A model generated the notes under the pieces. That model saw only the letters and a program-made list of their open reading frames with translations. It ran no database searches and had not been told where the DNA came from. Shown here in pieces: positions 61,450 to 64,000 of a stretch of 64,000 nucleotides of DNA. Location of the stretch: NCBI GenBank assembly GCA_036172245.1, contig JAYWIR010000006.1, positions 2,852,001 through 2,916,000 on the forward strand. The letters are read 5' to 3'. The translations under genes were made by a program, and so were the position numbers. The DNA comes from Raillietiella orientalis (lineage: Eukaryota). Positions within the stretch are counted from its first letter, which is position 1, and every line of letters starts with the position of its first letter.

Positions 61450-63915
61450 ATACGTAAGATCGGCTGTCTACCCGAGTTCCCGACGAAGCAGCAGGGAAGC
61501 TGAGTCCGAGGCATTCCCGGTGCCTAAGGGTGCGCGATCCCCGGACTGGGACGGCCTGCTCTACGAGAGGTGCGGAAGTGACGTGCATGCGGCGAAGGGG
61601 CGGGCCGCGCACCAAAACGTCAGCTGCTCGCCTGGGGGAGTCTGTTGGGGAAGGGGGGTCTCAGCTTGTTCTCTAACGCCCTCGAGGCTGCTCGTGGGCG
61701 CGCTGCGGCATGGCAGAGGCGGAGGCTCCCGACAGACACGCCGAGAACGCGCGTGAAACCCACGAAACGTGCCAACTCCAGGATCCGAGGAGCTCCTCCG
61801 CCCGCTGGTGCTCCCGGGACCGCTCGCGTGTGGGAGGCGAGGACAGCCACCCGCCTCGCGTCGCGCGCGCGTTCCTGAGCCAAGGAACGTGGTCTTTGGG
61901 AGCCCCGGACAAAGAGCTCGTCTGTGCGCCTCGCCGTGTTTTGGCATGGGCAGCCGCCGCATGTTCCTCCGGGGAGAGGTGGCTCTCCCGTCGCAGTCTC
62001 CGAATTGGACCTTCGCAAGGAAGAAGGGGGGGGGTACAACATGTCTCCTTGGAGGTCGAATCGAGGCGCGGCAGGGGTGCCAGCCAGCGCGTACCCATCA
62101 ATCACGCGACACCTCCAGCCAAAGACCACGTGCCAGCGGCCCGGAACTCGTGCCAGGCAGGAGCGGCAGAGAAGCATCTGCATGTCGGCGGCTCCCGTAA
62201 AGGAACAGAGCCGGGATGTCGCACCTCGGAACGAGCGTGGCTCCCCGCAGGTGGCTCGACGATCGGGAGCGATGTCGCCGGGATGTTCCGCGCGGCCGAA
62301 GTAACCCCGAGCTCAAAAATGACCGGTCTTTTCCGGAGTCTGACGGAAGGGTTCGCGGAGGACCGACTCCGACCGGCTTGACTCCTTCCCCCATAAGATG
62401 AGGAGAGGCGGAGAGGATCGAGGGGTACGCGACTGCGCGGCTCCCGTGCTCGGGAAGGCTGCGAGCACCTCCGAGGACGCGTCCTTGGGAACGGCGGCAG
62501 CAGACGGTGGAAGGCAAGCACCGTGGTCCCCGGTGCAGGTCGTCAGGAAAGAGGGAGTAGCAGCGAGAAACCAGGAAGGTTTCGGGATGGAATAGATCGG
62601 ATGCTGGAGAGGAATGTTTCGACTCGAGCGCGCGCCCCCCTCCCAGCCCTCTCTCTCGGTCCTCCATCTCGAGACTGGGCCAAGTTATCTGCTCCGCCGA
62701 GACCTCAGGCAGAGAGTTCCTCCCTTCCTCCTCCCTGATCGATAATTTGGGAAATTTGAGCCCGTGCGTCACCGGGAGATCGCGAACTGTGCGACGAAGG
62801 ACTCCAGCAGGAGCTGTGAGGAGCCACAGAGGCTTTTGGGGGACATAGGAGTTTCCGGTTCCTGCAGCGCTCTTGGCAGAGGCCGAGCAGCCCCAGCGAT
62901 CGATGCGACGTGTGCGCCTGGGTCTGCCGTGGCACCGCGGAGACTCCAGAGGAAGACGGGACGCTCCATCAAAGGGGATGGGCCCGCAGGATAACCAACG
63001 AAGACGGCTGGAAGCTTGGTCAAACTACATCACTGGAAGAGGTCGTCTGGGAGCGCCTGGGGAGTCTCCGAGAGAGAGAAACCGACCTCTCCTTCGGTTT
63101 CCCTATCGGGATGGGAGTTTTGCCTGTGAAATGTCGGGGGCTGCCCAGCTCCCGTTCGGGCGCGCAAACTGGCCAATGCGGCGATCCTCAGAAGCCATTT
63201 TTTCCTCCTCCTTCCCTTCCCTCCCTTCTTCGTGCTCCGTACTGTGAGGTGAGCACACGGAGACGCTGCTCTCGAGGTGGGATCCTCTGATGGAGGCCCC
63301 CATCATTCAGAAAATGCAGAGGACGCACGGAGACTTGACCCGTCCGACCGGTTTCCTAGGAAGGCGGAAATCCAGCCCAATTCCCTCGGGACCGATGAGT
63401 GGCAACCGAAGTTTCGTCTTCCGCCGCGCTGCAGTCACCACGGAGCGGGAAGCCTTCCACTTCACCCGCGGTCTGCTCAGAGTACGGTCTGCTTTCGCCG
63501 TGTCTCTTTCTCTTCCTTTTTCTGTCCCGGGTGCAGGAGCATGTGGATGAGCGAGCCAGAGCGGTGTAGGGAACCTACGAACCCCCTCCATTTCATCTTC
63601 GGGAACTGTCCGGAAACCGGAAGAATCTTCCTCTAAACCTTTCCTGATCCTTCTTTCACGACGCTCCTTGCAACACAGAGCTCACGCCAGCTTCCCACCT
63701 CCATTTTCACGTACCGCTACTCTGCACTCCCTTCTTCATCCTAGGTTGGCACAGCGCAGCCTCCTTGCCACAGCGCTGCCCTCCCTACGGGAGGCAAATG
63801 GCAGCAGCCAACTGGCGAATTAGGAAGTCTCTTGAGAGATTGCAAGCAGGAGGAAGAAAATGAGTGGTTGGACCACAGGAGAGCTGACTGATGCTGCGAT
63901 CCCAAGTGCCCTTTA
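61450..63915 (+). mobile_element. Mixed LINE debris: ORF1-like decayed zinc knuckle (~61550-61680), ORF2 pieces (~62900-63360, ~63770-63915)
   Basis: YERCGSDVHAAKG is CCHC-like. 63770-63915 matches the reverse complement of 59660-59810 (gagtggttggaccacaggagagctgactgatgctgcgatccc). Confidence 0.4.
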
Positions 63916-64000
63916 ACGTGGACTTGGGCTCTGGGGCGAGTTGCTCGGTATTCCTCGCCAAGATCTGAAGTTGTCTCCAGTGTTCGTAGACAGCAGCGCT

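Overview
Eukaryotic, most likely arthropod, genomic DNA; the U2 variant with GATCAAAGTG and the protein styles point to an ecdysozoan, but the species cannot be named from the sequence. About two thirds of the window (roughly 1-31.7 kb, 44-46.6 kb, 53.4-64 kb) is GC- and CpG-rich debris of nested, frameshifted Tx1/L1-like non-LTR retrotransposons, with a few mariner remnants. AT-rich, CpG-poor islands hold five intact, very compact genes that I spliced by hand, with most introns 38-55 nt: PPIH (+), EXOSC10/Rrp6 (-), BRD7/9 (+), INIP/SOSS-C (+) and METTL5 (+). There is also a decayed Pur-alpha copy (-). Main observations: (1) INIP and METTL5 look like a dicistronic unit, and removing a 47-nt intron makes the INIP stop overlap the METTL5 start as AUGA. 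(2) Three independent insertions of the first ~32-37 nt of U2 snRNA occur in 64 kb, two with target-site duplications. (3) The resident LINE family ends without poly(A), in AATAAA + hairpin + TGA(C/T)AA(A)CCA, which loosely resembles the U2 5' end and may explain (2). (4) A ~600-bp near-identical inverted tract shares frameshifts between two otherwise diverged LINE copies. (5) The PPIH and EXOSC10 stop codons are only 13 nt apart. Transposon fragment boundaries are approximate, and all homology calls come from recalled family motifs, not database searches.
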